Source: a virus
Taxonomy: Duplodnaviria > Caudoviricetes
IMG/VR virus record: IMGVR_UViG_3300002171_000008
Span: 272 to 64,271 of that record
DNA length: 64,000 nucleotides
Direction: 5' to 3' (one strand)
Part shown: positions 25,850-35,738 of the stretch, piece by piece
Layout of the letters: every line of letters starts with the position of its first letter
Position numbering within the stretch: the stretch's first letter is position 1
Program-made: the position numbers and the translations under genes
The notes under the pieces: model-generated
Seen by the model: the letters and a program-made list of their open reading frames with translations, nothing else
Databases searched by the model: none
What the model was told of the DNA's origin: nothing

Positions 25850-26275
25850 ATGACTATCGCACCTGTACAAGGTAAGGAAAGCAAGCTCACGGTTGGAGCT
25901 GGCTATGTTGAGGTTCTTGGAATTAAAACCGGCAATCCTGATCAGAGTTGGAATACCGAAGATTTCATGTGCTGGGGAGATGAAGCGCCCACTGCCAGCA
26001 TGAATTACAAGGTCTGGCAGATCCCGTTCACCGCTATGTATGACATTGAAGAGGCTTCCAATCCTGGTCTGAAAGATGTTTTCGAGGCATTCGATGCTGG
26101 CTCGGATCTGCTCTTCAAGATCTACCCAGATGCCGACGTGACCACCACATATTATTCCAGCACGGCCCACGTCATGGACTGGAAGGTCACGCAGGACGCT
26201 CAGAAGAACGATGTGGTCACGTTCACTTTCAAGCCGGCCACTGGCGCCGCTGTACTCACTTGGAATCACGCTTAG
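25850..26275 (+). CDS. Major tail tube protein
   Basis: APVQGKESKL...VMDWKVTQ...VTFTFK; position before chaperone and TMP. Confidence 0.7.
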   Translation: MTIAPVQGKESKLTVGAGYVEVLGIKTGNPDQSWNTEDFMCWGDEAPTASMNYKVWQIPFTAMYDIEEASNPGLKDVFEAFDAGSDLLFKIYPDADVTTTYYSSTAHVMDWKVTQDAQKNDVVTFTFKPATGAAVLTWNHA

Positions 26276-26287
26276 GGAGGGCTAATC

Positions 26288-27265
26288 ATGGCATTAGCAC
26301 CAATGCACGGCTATTCAGGAGCACTGTATTTGGCGCGGGGAAGTAACAACAATTACTCAAATGAGCCAATGTCGGAGGTTAATCTATCCTCCGACGGCTA
26401 CCCGCGCTATACAGTCTACGAAATCACCAATCCCGATAAGCGGTACATGAATGATGACAGCACGCCGACTTTTGCGTCTACCGGCACCATTCCGACCATT
26501 TCCAGAATTGAGCACTGTGGTGGCCGGGTAGTATTCGCCACTGCTGCTGATCCTGGCGATACTATCACATGCGCTACGGGTCACTATCTGACGGTTACAG
26601 AATTTGTCGGTGTTCTGGATTGGCAGCTTTCCGAATCATGGAAAGAAGAAGCCTACATGCATCTAGGAGATTCATGCCAGTCGGCTGCTCTCATCCACAA
26701 ACAATGGGAGGCAACCGCGAATGCACATTGGATGAACACCCAGGCCACATATACCACGTCTGGAGGGAATACCAACAGTCACATAACCCTGACTCACCTG
26801 CCGGGCGGCTCGGTCGGGGACCTGGTATCCATCCAGTTGGTCGATCCAGGTACAACCAATGCTACAATCGATGTGGCTGTCACTGGATATGATATTGTAG
26901 TCACGCTGGCATATGCGACCGGGGCCATCACCACCACGGCAAGCCAGTTGGCCTCTGCTCTACACTGCGAAGCAGTGTTAGCTCTCGGAATATCGGCCAT
27001 TGTGAAAGACGGCGAAACCGGTGCCGGAATTGTGGCGGAGTTGGCCCACACGCACCTGGCTGGTGGTCTGGATGCCACAGACTACTCATCCGAGACATCT
27101 AAGGTGGTTGTGGTCCTATACACGGATGAGGCCAATGACAAGCGATATGAGGGCTTTGGTATCATACAGAAGTTCAACCCGAACCATGATGCCGGAGCAC
27201 TCATCAAAACCGGGCTGACGTTCCGCAATCATGGGCCTGATCCTATCAGGTATCGCAAAGGATAG
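26288..27265 (+). CDS. Second tail-tube-like protein with inserted domains
   Basis: APMHGYSGALYL...DWQLS...WEATA...YEGFGII...GLTF core split by two inserts. Confidence 0.5.
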   Translation: MALAPMHGYSGALYLARGSNNNYSNEPMSEVNLSSDGYPRYTVYEITNPDKRYMNDDSTPTFASTGTIPTISRIEHCGGRVVFATAADPGDTITCATGHYLTVTEFVGVLDWQLSESWKEEAYMHLGDSCQSAALIHKQWEATANAHWMNTQATYTTSGGNTNSHITLTHLPGGSVGDLVSIQLVDPGTTNATIDVAVTGYDIVVTLAYATGAITTTASQLASALHCEAVLALGISAIVKDGETGAGIVAELAHTHLAGGLDATDYSSETSKVVVVLYTDEANDKRYEGFGIIQKFNPNHDAGALIKTGLTFRNHGPDPIRYRKG

Positions 27266-27447
27266 TGGAAATTATGCGCAAAGTCATAGCAACTAAATTG
27301 AGGCAGCTAGCCGATTGGCTAGATCCTGCCCTTTTCATGTGCATAAATTTTGATGAAGACCAGATGGCAGAAATAAAGCGATATGTAGACGACTCGTGCA
27401 GAGAAGCATTAGCAAACGTCGTCGGTAATATCCGAATTCATACATAG
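27265..27447 (+). CDS. Small hypothetical protein
   Basis: ORF track. Confidence 0.4.
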   Translation: MEIMRKVIATKLRQLADWLDPALFMCINFDEDQMAEIKRYVDDSCREALANVVGNIRIHT

Positions 27448-27502
27448 AGAATACGGCCAAAGCTAGGGCTGCGCACCTGAAACTACGTCCTGGGTAGCCG
27501 CT

Positions 27503-27733
27503 TTGGCCGATTATACAGGATTTTCAATGCAGGAATTGATATATATGGGATTTAGAATTGATTTAAATGATGCAAATGCTAGCAATGGCAAAATAATGTT
27601 CGACGATGTCGATTTGTCAAGTGGAGTAATGCGAGTAGAAGTTATTGCTCATCCGGGAGAAATGACTTGCGCAATCTTGAAAGTGGCTATTGAGCAATTA
27701 AATGGCGTTGATTTTGGTGGTGCCCATGTCTAA
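27503..27733 (+). CDS. Small hypothetical protein
   Basis: ORF track. Confidence 0.4.
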   Translation: MADYTGFSMQELIYMGFRIDLNDANASNGKIMFDDVDLSSGVMRVEVIAHPGEMTCAILKVAIEQLNGVDFGGAHV

Positions 27734-28310
27734 GAAATCCAATCCCGAAAAAGGCCTGCCATCGGTCACAATCGACCTAGACAAGCCCCGAATCCTCAAA
27801 TGGAATAACGAGCAGACCAGGCTATTTGAGGAGTGGGCACTGCCTTACTTGGACTTTCCGAGGTCCGGCATCAAACGTGAAATGCCCACGCAACGCAACC
27901 CAACCGGCATAATCACGATGGACGGCAAATTCGCCATCATGAATTCGCTCAATACAGCTACGATACAAACTAGGGCACTCTATCATGCATTGCAGGCCGA
28001 AAATGCAGACCTGTCTGATATCAAGCTTGTTGACGGGCTGGTCACAGAATACAAGGCATCTGGCCAATCCTGGGACGATTTGCTAATTGCGATTCAAAGA
28101 TCATTTCTGCTTGCTAATGACCCTTCTTCTCTTGCCTCACAAGAAGTGAGGTGGAAAGCCTTACGCGATCTGGAAAAGATCAATCTGAAAGTGGCGGCCA
28201 AAATGCAAGCGAAAGCGGAGAAGGAGATAGCGGAGCAGATGAAGAAGGCGGAGAAGACCCTGGAAGAACTCGATTCTGGCGAGATACAGCCCGCCTCGCC
28301 TACAGTTTAG
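27726..28310 (+). CDS. Tail assembly chaperone (G-like)
   Basis: VTIDLDKPRILKW; position before TMP. Confidence 0.65.
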   Translation: MSKKSNPEKGLPSVTIDLDKPRILKWNNEQTRLFEEWALPYLDFPRSGIKREMPTQRNPTGIITMDGKFAIMNSLNTATIQTRALYHALQAENADLSDIKLVDGLVTEYKASGQSWDDLLIAIQRSFLLANDPSSLASQEVRWKALRDLEKINLKVAAKMQAKAEKEIAEQMKKAEKTLEELDSGEIQPASPTV

Positions 28311-28588
28311 GTCTATCGCCTGCCCAATTCTGGAAAGAATATTCATATAACGAGCTTCTAGCAAAACTGCATTTCGACCGGCAGAAGCACGCTCATGAAA
28401 TCGATATGCTGAAGTCTGCCGCCTGGATGAATTCACAGGCCATAGGCAACGTGTTATCTGGTTGCTTTGGTGGCAAACCGCAATCGTTTTCAGAATTGTT
28501 TCCATCGCAAAAAGAGATAGCATCCGAGCCAGATAAAATCAAAACCGCGTGCACCAAGCACGGACTCAGACCACCTACGAAATTTTAA
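28270..28588 (+). CDS. Tail assembly chaperone frameshift extension (GT-like), approximate start
   Basis: LGLSPAQFWKEYSYNEL motif in the -1 frame with no plausible own start. Confidence 0.55.
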
Positions 28589-28601
28589 GGAGTGATTACA
28601 T

Positions 28602-31600
28602 ATTTCAGCCTTTAGCCTGACGGGAACTGCCGACTTTTCCAGCATCAAAACCGAACTGCAAAATCTTGAGCGGACTATTGGCAACCTGAAAGTTCCTCAA
28701 ATAAAGACTGAAGTTGCCACTCCCAACTTTTCCAATTTCTTTTCAGCTATAGACAAGGCAGAAAAGCAGGCCACTATCAAGATCAAGCCAGAAGTTGACA
28801 ATTCATTCATGGCCGGGCTGTCGAAGTCCTTGACCGGCCAACAAGGTAAGTTTTCCAGCGTTGGTAAAGAGCTTGGATCTTCCCTTACCATGGGAATGCA
28901 GCAACAGTTTGGCATGGCCGGGGGCATGGCATCTAGTTTAGCTCAAGCGCTGGGTCCGGTCGGCATAGCAGCAACTGTAGCAGGTGCGGGTGTAATCGCC
29001 CTTGGCGCTGCATCAGTCAATGCGGCCCGCGGTTGGGAAACCCTGATGGCAGGCGTCAGCAAGACAACTGGTGCCGAAGGTGCCGCACTCACTCAGCTCT
29101 CCAACACCCTGCTCAACCTATCCAAGGAGATGCCAATTGCACAAGCCGAGATAGCGAAAATCGCCACTGTGGGCGGTACGCTTGGCGTCAAGCAATCGGA
29201 TTTGCCCAAATTCGTCAAAGATACCGCTATGGCATCTGCCGGTTGGGGTATGTCTGGAGAGGAAGCGGCCAACTCGATAGCAGGAATCTCAAATGCGTTC
29301 AAGGTGCCGATCGCAGATGCTCAAAAATTTGGGTCTGTCATTAACACAATGGCAGATAACGTGGGCGGCTCCGAGAAAGAGTTAGCTGACTTCCTGGTCC
29401 GAGCATCCGGCATTGCCACCACATTCGATGAGGGCATAGCGTCGACTACCGCATTTGGCGCGGTCCTGGCATCAATCAATATGCCTATGGAGGTTGCGGC
29501 TACTGGGTTGCAGTCCATGATGGCCTACGCGATGGCCCCGTCTTCACCGGAAAGGCTTGAGCAATGGGCCAGCATGATGAATGTTACCGTAGACCAGCTC
29601 AAAGCCAAACTGGAGCAGGATCTATATGGTACCCTCATAGAATCCAGCAACGCGATAGCCACTGTGGGCACCGAAACGGAACAGCAACAGGCCCGGATAG
29701 CCATTTGGGGTGAAGGCGGAGCGCGTGTCTCATCCGGCTTGGTGGGAATGCAAGACAAGTACAACGAAGCTCTAAAGATGAGCAATGAGCAGCTCGCTAC
29801 CGGTAGCAGCCTAGCCCAGGCATTTGGCGCACAAGGTGCGACAGTCGATGCAAAATGGCAGAAGTTCACAAACACAATGAGCACGGCGCTCATTCATGTG
29901 GGCACTGCGGCGCTGCCTGTGCTTGGACAAGTGCTCGATACCATGTCCGGGCTCGTTGCGGCGGCAGACGATTTTGCCGCTACCACATTACCAGCATGGG
30001 CACAAAGCGCCACTGACTGGGTCAACGAAACACTCGGCATGGAAGAAGACACGCCGGAAGAGATAGCAGAAAGGAAGGCCAAGATAGCGCGAACTGCCGA
30101 GAAGACAGTTACAAAGGTTGCCGACACCACAGGATACCAATCGTATGCAGAAGCACAAGCGAGCGCAGCCAATTTGGGGCAGGGAACAGGCAATTCATAT
30201 GTCGATGGGCTGAATTCGGCACTTGATACCGGATTGCCAAAGGCGTTAACTGATGCATATTTGGGGGATGCTCTAAAAGTTTCAACCGAAGCGGCCAAAG
30301 TTGCAGGTGGATTGACCGGCGAAGAGTGGGTAAAAGCGTATGGGAGCGCCTCATCTGCCGGGATGACGCAGGTTAACGGCAAATGGGTATCCAACCAAGA
30401 ACGAGAATCTTTCTATAAGGACAAGTCGCTCAAATCCGGTGAATACTCGACATTTGCCAATGGTGAAGTTTCCTGGAATCTACTCAAGGAATCCGCGAGC
30501 GGCAAATCCGGCACTTTGAAAGCCGTTATTTCTGTCGATGGAACCGAATACACAAGAGAATTCTCCACCTTGGAGGATACGGCAGAAAGTGCAACTAAAA
30601 AGATAAAAGCGGAATTCAGAGACGTTGCAATTGATATCCCGAAATATATAAAACAATATGGTGGTGATGTAAGCGACGCATTATCTAATGCACTTTCTGA
30701 TGGTGTCGTATCATTCGAAGAGAAAAACGAATTGGGAGAGTACATCAATTCCCTGAAATCGATGAAGGTGGACTTCCCCGTCGAATTCGACCAGGCCAAC
30801 CTAGATGATCAGCTAACCAAGTTAGAGGCTACCAGGTTAGGGCTAAATGTTGACCTTTTACTAGGGACTGACAAACTGGAAAGCGATTTCTACAAATGGG
30901 CTGAAGAAAATGCGGATGTGATTGCTACCTACCTGGCAAACAATACTTCCTACATGGAAGCCACGGAAGGCAGGCCCGAATACCAGTGGCTTGAGCTAAA
31001 TCCGGATGCTGTAAGCCTGATGGAAGATTACAATGCGGCTCTGTCTAGCCACGATCCAAAACAGGTTGGTCAGTTGCCCGGATTGCAGGCCGACTTAATG
31101 CGATTGCACCCGGAACTGATAGATCAAGCATTCTGGACTACCAAAGTAAACGTTGCTCAGGCAGAACTCAATGAACATTTTGTCATTCTTGGTAATACCG
31201 TAGTTGGTATTGACAAAGATGGGAAGGCGGTAACTGAAGGCTTCCAGGCAGAGATACCAGTATTGGCAGCTCACGGCACCGGGCTAATTACAGATGCCGA
31301 GGCGACAGCATCTCATACTAGATCAATGTTATCCTCCATTGCGGCCATGTCAAACGTCCATTATGGGACATTGCCAACTTCGGCCAATTATGCACTACCA
31401 GGGACCACAGAACGAGCTTATACTTCGTACAAAACCAACGAATTATCATATTCCCCGCTAAAAAGCTGGAGCCTATCATCGTTTGCGAAGGGCGGATTTT
31501 CCAGCCAACCAACCGTGATGTTTGGCGAAGCGGGGGAAGAGGCTTATGTCCCGATCGCAGACCGCGATGCTGGACTGAAGATTCTGCCCGATGTGTTACG

Positions 31601-33710
31601 CAAGTTGGGCGTCAAGATGGCCGCAAAAGGCCTCGTGATGAGCGATAGCTTGTCTTCTTGGGGCGGCCAACCTCATGCAAGTTCCGCCACATCGTCCACT
31701 GAATACGATTATTATGGTTCATCGCTTGCTGATAAGTGCGCCTCTGGTTGCGAAATTGGTGTAAAGAAAGCAACCGACGATTGGCTAGAAAGTCCTGATG
31801 TGTTTGGAGATTTCAACGATGGCCTTAAGCAGGTATCATTGTCATCCAATGCGGTTGCATCCGCAAACTACAAACTAGCAGGATCGGCTACTTATGTTTC
31901 AAGTCGGTGGATGGATGAGTACGACAGGATCACGATCACTGCGCCGGGCACCGGATTCCAGTCTAGTTCAAACCGTGGGTATGTACCGGTTAGCATTTCC
32001 GCTGCCGCAAAAGAGAACATCATCTATAATCCATTCAATGACAACGAATCCAACTGGTCTGCATCTGGCATGGATGCAAAAATCTTTGCCATGCAGCAAC
32101 AGTACGCGGGCAAATCATCTGTCATGCCATCTGGAGAACATGAAGAACCTAGCTGGATTGTGGATACCGCGAATGCATTGGCAGGCAAAGAGGTAATATC
32201 CAAATATTCCGAAGGTGTCATGAATCAGCTCGCGATAGAGTACGATTCATTGCAGGCAGAGAATACCGCAATACAGAGATACTCGGATGTCACTGACAAA
32301 AATTTCTATGCACAGCTAATGCTCCTGGATGCGACCACGCAACTCACGGCGGAAAGCAACGAATATTGCGATGGCACCGGGGAAATGCGACGTGCATTGG
32401 AACAGGAGCAGATGGCATCTGAAAAAGCAACCCTTTACAGAAAGTCTTTGGTCGGAGTCCAGAGCAAATATTATCCTGCCGCGAATGCCTATCTCAATGA
32501 GGGAAAATCGTTTTCTGAAGTAGAATCGATGCTCCCGGGTGGTAGCAGTGCAAATGATCGTGTTGTAATTGCTATTGGCAAAACTACCAAGCAAGTTTCC
32601 GATGTAGAGGACGCTGTAGACGAATCCGCCAACGAATACGGCAAATATGGCAGGAAGTTGGACGCGCTCACAGATGGGCTCTTTGCAACGGTAGGTGCGC
32701 TACGTGGTAGCGCACAATCTGACCTATATGGTGACAAGATGCCCATGTCGCAGTCGGCCAAATGGTACATGGATGAGTTCTATACAGTTGAGTATGGGTT
32801 GGGCCAATGCGTTAGCTACCTTTCCGATTTTGCCATTCAGCAAGAGGGTGTTTTCTCAGATGTCCTATTCCAACCGTCCTATATCGGGAAAACTGCCGGT
32901 TATGCGGGGGCGGGCAAAGGGGGCCTGCCAGGATACTCTAACATAGCTGAAATCCTCCCACAAAACGCCTTGGAAATGCAACGAGCCGCAAGCGAATTTG
33001 CAGATGTGGCCGACATGACCGATGCAAATTACCAGCTATCCAAGATAGGAGAGTCATCCGAAGCCACAAAGGAAGCGACGGAACAGTCTGCAAAAGAGCT
33101 GAAAGAAGTTTCCAAGAATACTCAGCAAGTTGCTGCACAGAATGCGGCGATGTCTGACCTGTATGGGCAGACGATAGATGGCAGTTCTGGTTGGGGCGGA
33201 ACCTCAATAGGCGGCGGAGGTGGCTGGATAGGAACATCTGGCGTGTACTCTGGCATGAACGGCAGCGTTTATTATGGGTCCACAGTAGGCGGTTGGGGTG
33301 CACAGGCCAGCAATTCCATTAGCGAAAATACCGGAACGGTAAGCATTGGTCAGGGCGCTATGTATTACGGTGAAGGTGGATTCGCAGACGAGCCATCTCT
33401 GCGGGTTATCGGTGACAATCGCAGGGAAGCATATGTACCCATCTCAGATAGGGCGGCAGGCCGCCGCATATTGCCACAAGTCATGAAAGAACTTGGTGTC
33501 CGGACCTTTGCGACCGGTGGCATAGCGGGTAGTGGTGGATTATCTTCATTGGTGGAATCGATAGGCCCGACTACAATTACATATGCTCCGACCATAAATG
33601 CCGACGGCCTCAGCAAATCGCAGGCACAAGCCTTGATTGATCGCAGTCAGGATAAATTCTTGGAGAAAGTAGCAAAAAAACAAGTATTGTCAAAGCGGAG
33701 GCGCGGTTAA
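28602..33710 (+). CDS. Tape measure protein (TP901-type core); probable ATT start at 28602, first ATG at 28809
   Basis: >1600 aa Ala/Gly-rich; VSKTTG...LSKEMP...IATVGGTLGV; frame open from 28596. Confidence 0.9.
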   Translation: MSAFSLTGTADFSSIKTELQNLERTIGNLKVPQIKTEVATPNFSNFFSAIDKAEKQATIKIKPEVDNSFMAGLSKSLTGQQGKFSSVGKELGSSLTMGMQQQFGMAGGMASSLAQALGPVGIAATVAGAGVIALGAASVNAARGWETLMAGVSKTTGAEGAALTQLSNTLLNLSKEMPIAQAEIAKIATVGGTLGVKQSDLPKFVKDTAMASAGWGMSGEEAANSIAGISNAFKVPIADAQKFGSVINTMADNVGGSEKELADFLVRASGIATTFDEGIASTTAFGAVLASINMPMEVAATGLQSMMAYAMAPSSPERLEQWASMMNVTVDQLKAKLEQDLYGTLIESSNAIATVGTETEQQQARIAIWGEGGARVSSGLVGMQDKYNEALKMSNEQLATGSSLAQAFGAQGATVDAKWQKFTNTMSTALIHVGTAALPVLGQVLDTMSGLVAAADDFAATTLPAWAQSATDWVNETLGMEEDTPEEIAERKAKIARTAEKTVTKVADTTGYQSYAEAQASAANLGQGTGNSYVDGLNSALDTGLPKALTDAYLGDALKVSTEAAKVAGGLTGEEWVKAYGSASSAGMTQVNGKWVSNQERESFYKDKSLKSGEYSTFANGEVSWNLLKESASGKSGTLKAVISVDGTEYTREFSTLEDTAESATKKIKAEFRDVAIDIPKYIKQYGGDVSDALSNALSDGVVSFEEKNELGEYINSLKSMKVDFPVEFDQANLDDQLTKLEATRLGLNVDLLLGTDKLESDFYKWAEENADVIATYLANNTSYMEATEGRPEYQWLELNPDAVSLMEDYNAALSSHDPKQVGQLPGLQADLMRLHPELIDQAFWTTKVNVAQAELNEHFVILGNTVVGIDKDGKAVTEGFQAEIPVLAAHGTGLITDAEATASHTRSMLSSIAAMSNVHYGTLPTSANYALPGTTERAYTSYKTNELSYSPLKSWSLSSFAKGGFSSQPTVMFGEAGEEAYVPIADRDAGLKILPDVLRKLGVKMAAKGLVMSDSLSSWGGQPHASSATSSTEYDYYGSSLADKCASGCEIGVKKATDDWLESPDVFGDFNDGLKQVSLSSNAVASANYKLAGSATYVSSRWMDEYDRITITAPGTGFQSSSNRGYVPVSISAAAKENIIYNPFNDNESNWSASGMDAKIFAMQQQYAGKSSVMPSGEHEEPSWIVDTANALAGKEVISKYSEGVMNQLAIEYDSLQAENTAIQRYSDVTDKNFYAQLMLLDATTQLTAESNEYCDGTGEMRRALEQEQMASEKATLYRKSLVGVQSKYYPAANAYLNEGKSFSEVESMLPGGSSANDRVVIAIGKTTKQVSDVEDAVDESANEYGKYGRKLDALTDGLFATVGALRGSAQSDLYGDKMPMSQSAKWYMDEFYTVEYGLGQCVSYLSDFAIQQEGVFSDVLFQPSYIGKTAGYAGAGKGGLPGYSNIAEILPQNALEMQRAASEFADVADMTDANYQLSKIGESSEATKEATEQSAKELKEVSKNTQQVAAQNAAMSDLYGQTIDGSSGWGGTSIGGGGGWIGTSGVYSGMNGSVYYGSTVGGWGAQASNSISENTGTVSIGQGAMYYGEGGFADEPSLRVIGDNRREAYVPISDRAAGRRILPQVMKELGVRTFATGGIAGSGGLSSLVESIGPTTITYAPTINADGLSKSQAQALIDRSQDKFLEKVAKKQVLSKRRRG

Positions 33711-34579
33711 TGGACATCTACCTCCGCAATCCGAGCATTCCAGAATTCCTCATAGAGAAACCTACTGCCAAAAACGGTATCAAGTGGTCAATCAAGGACC
33801 AGCAAATTACAGACAGCTTTAGGTCAAGGTCGTCAGATCTGACTTTGCCCAGACGGGTCCCGGCCCGCCAATTTGCCGAGGCGACCTTCTGGAATGCTAA
33901 CCAGCCATACGCGAGATGCTATGTAGAGCAATATGAGGTCGATGAGAAGCGAACTAAGAAGCTCACCTTACAGGGGATAGAAAAGCAATTGGAATATCGC
34001 TATACACCGGATCTATTTTACCCAGACGGGACCACATTCGCAAAACTTTTTGCAGATCACTTCACCTTAAACCACCCACCGGGCCTATTGGCCCTGGCGA
34101 ATGGCTGGATACCCCCGGGGTGGCCATTTTCATTTGTGGATACTGATAATAATACCGTCCGCATTGAAGATTGCGGAACCGCAAGCAGATTTGCTGAGAA
34201 GACCATGTTCTTCATCGGCTACCAGTATGTCAGAGGCCTCTCGTTAGTCCATGATGTGGAAGAATTGGCCTACATCGACCTAACCTATTACCGCACTGCC
34301 ACAGACCTATATATCCGCATAGATCATGACTATTCCCGCGGCTGGTATGATCACGGCTATCTATTGTGTGAGGGCGTTTTCGATACCGGGATTAGGTTGG
34401 GCACATGTCCAACGGATACATTGGATGGGGACCTAATAGTTTCCTGCATGGAGAATAATATTGCAGATGTTCTTACTGAAGTGATCAGGTCACATGACTA
34501 TTATCTCCATTGGCGGGAGGAATCGGACCACCTATACTTAGACATCGACGATGAGGAGGGGCGCGATGGCCCTGTATAA
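33710..34579 (+). CDS. Tail/baseplate protein
   Basis: Position after TMP. Confidence 0.55.
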   Translation: MDIYLRNPSIPEFLIEKPTAKNGIKWSIKDQQITDSFRSRSSDLTLPRRVPARQFAEATFWNANQPYARCYVEQYEVDEKRTKKLTLQGIEKQLEYRYTPDLFYPDGTTFAKLFADHFTLNHPPGLLALANGWIPPGWPFSFVDTDNNTVRIEDCGTASRFAEKTMFFIGYQYVRGLSLVHDVEELAYIDLTYYRTATDLYIRIDHDYSRGWYDHGYLLCEGVFDTGIRLGTCPTDTLDGDLIVSCMENNIADVLTEVIRSHDYYLHWREESDHLYLDIDDEEGRDGPV

Positions 34580-35738
34580 TTTGCGAGAGTCGGAATGCAA
34601 GGAAGTCAGCCGCGGGACAGCGGATGAGCCGCGCCCTCATGCCCTTACCGGAATTGGCTACGGCGGGCAGTATGCAACGGTTTTTGATCCCACATATACC
34701 GGAGCTATCTGGTTACACACAACCTACGAGGTTGAGAATGGTTTCGCCGACGGCTATGGGATTTTGTGGGAGTACACCACAAAAAAGTTTGAAAGGCTGA
34801 TCCAAGACTACGAATGGAAGGTCACAACCAAAAAGCGCAAGCTGCCCATGCTGAGGCCCGGCGACTCCATAAAATTCTATCCGGCGCATGAGGACCCTGA
34901 AGAGCTGCCTGTGGTCACAATGGAGCGCAATGAGGCAGATGAACTCTCAATCGAACTGGGGGCAAAGGCCCCTGACTATGTGGACTCGTATGAGGTTAGT
35001 ACCGGATCGCAGATTGGATTTAGCCGAGACATTCTCAGGGAATCCCATGAGTCAATAACGGATGCCTCGGAGGAATTCTATGCAAATGATCCTGTCCATT
35101 ATACAGCTCCGAATGGAGAGATGGTATTTGATATCCCTGCAAATGTGAAGGATACTGATCTGAAACCGATGATCACATTGGATCTGTCTATCGATCTGAA
35201 AACCGAAAAAACTTTGGTTGTTGGAGCATGTGCCGTTGAGCTGAAAACCAACGAGGTCTACCGGCGCGGCGGGAACTTCGTGAACTGGTCACCTGGCGTC
35301 GAAATAAAGGAAATCGATGTCACTGACTGGATTACCGCACCAGGAGATTACACCCCTCTATACGATGGGCTGGCAGGTGGTGAGCTGGTCCTAGGTTCAT
35401 GGCCAACAGGTGGATCTAAACTAATTATAGAGGTATCGACTGAAACCGGCCATACCGACTGTGAAGGCTCGATTACAATCGATAACCCTGATGCGGTCCC
35501 TCATGAGACACTAACAATTGATGGACCTGGCACATACCGATCTACGACCGAACTGGCCCACCTGCCAGTCATCAGCACGGCTGATCTGGATTGTCACCTT
35601 AAGATCATTGTCACAATCCCAAATACGATAGCAGTAAACGTGATCATGGCAAAAGATTACTCGGAAACCCACGGGGCGTACACGGATCACCCCGCTCTGG
35701 TAGCGAACGGAACTCTAAACTTTTGGAAGAGGTCATGA
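34566..35738 (+). CDS. Tail/baseplate hub-like protein
   Basis: Position; LRPGDSIKF...ELSIELG. Confidence 0.5.
   Translation: MALYNLRESECKEVSRGTADEPRPHALTGIGYGGQYATVFDPTYTGAIWLHTTYEVENGFADGYGILWEYTTKKFERLIQDYEWKVTTKKRKLPMLRPGDSIKFYPAHEDPEELPVVTMERNEADELSIELGAKAPDYVDSYEVSTGSQIGFSRDILRESHESITDASEEFYANDPVHYTAPNGEMVFDIPANVKDTDLKPMITLDLSIDLKTEKTLVVGACAVELKTNEVYRRGGNFVNWSPGVEIKEIDVTDWITAPGDYTPLYDGLAGGELVLGSWPTGGSKLIIEVSTETGHTDCEGSITIDNPDAVPHETLTIDGPGTYRSTTELAHLPVISTADLDCHLKIIVTIPNTIAVNVIMAKDYSETHGAYTDHPALVANGTLNFWKRS

Noticed and set aside
27456-27505. Possible small structured RNA between tail ORFs
   Set aside because: Only one weak 7-bp helix with two G-U pairs; insufficient support.
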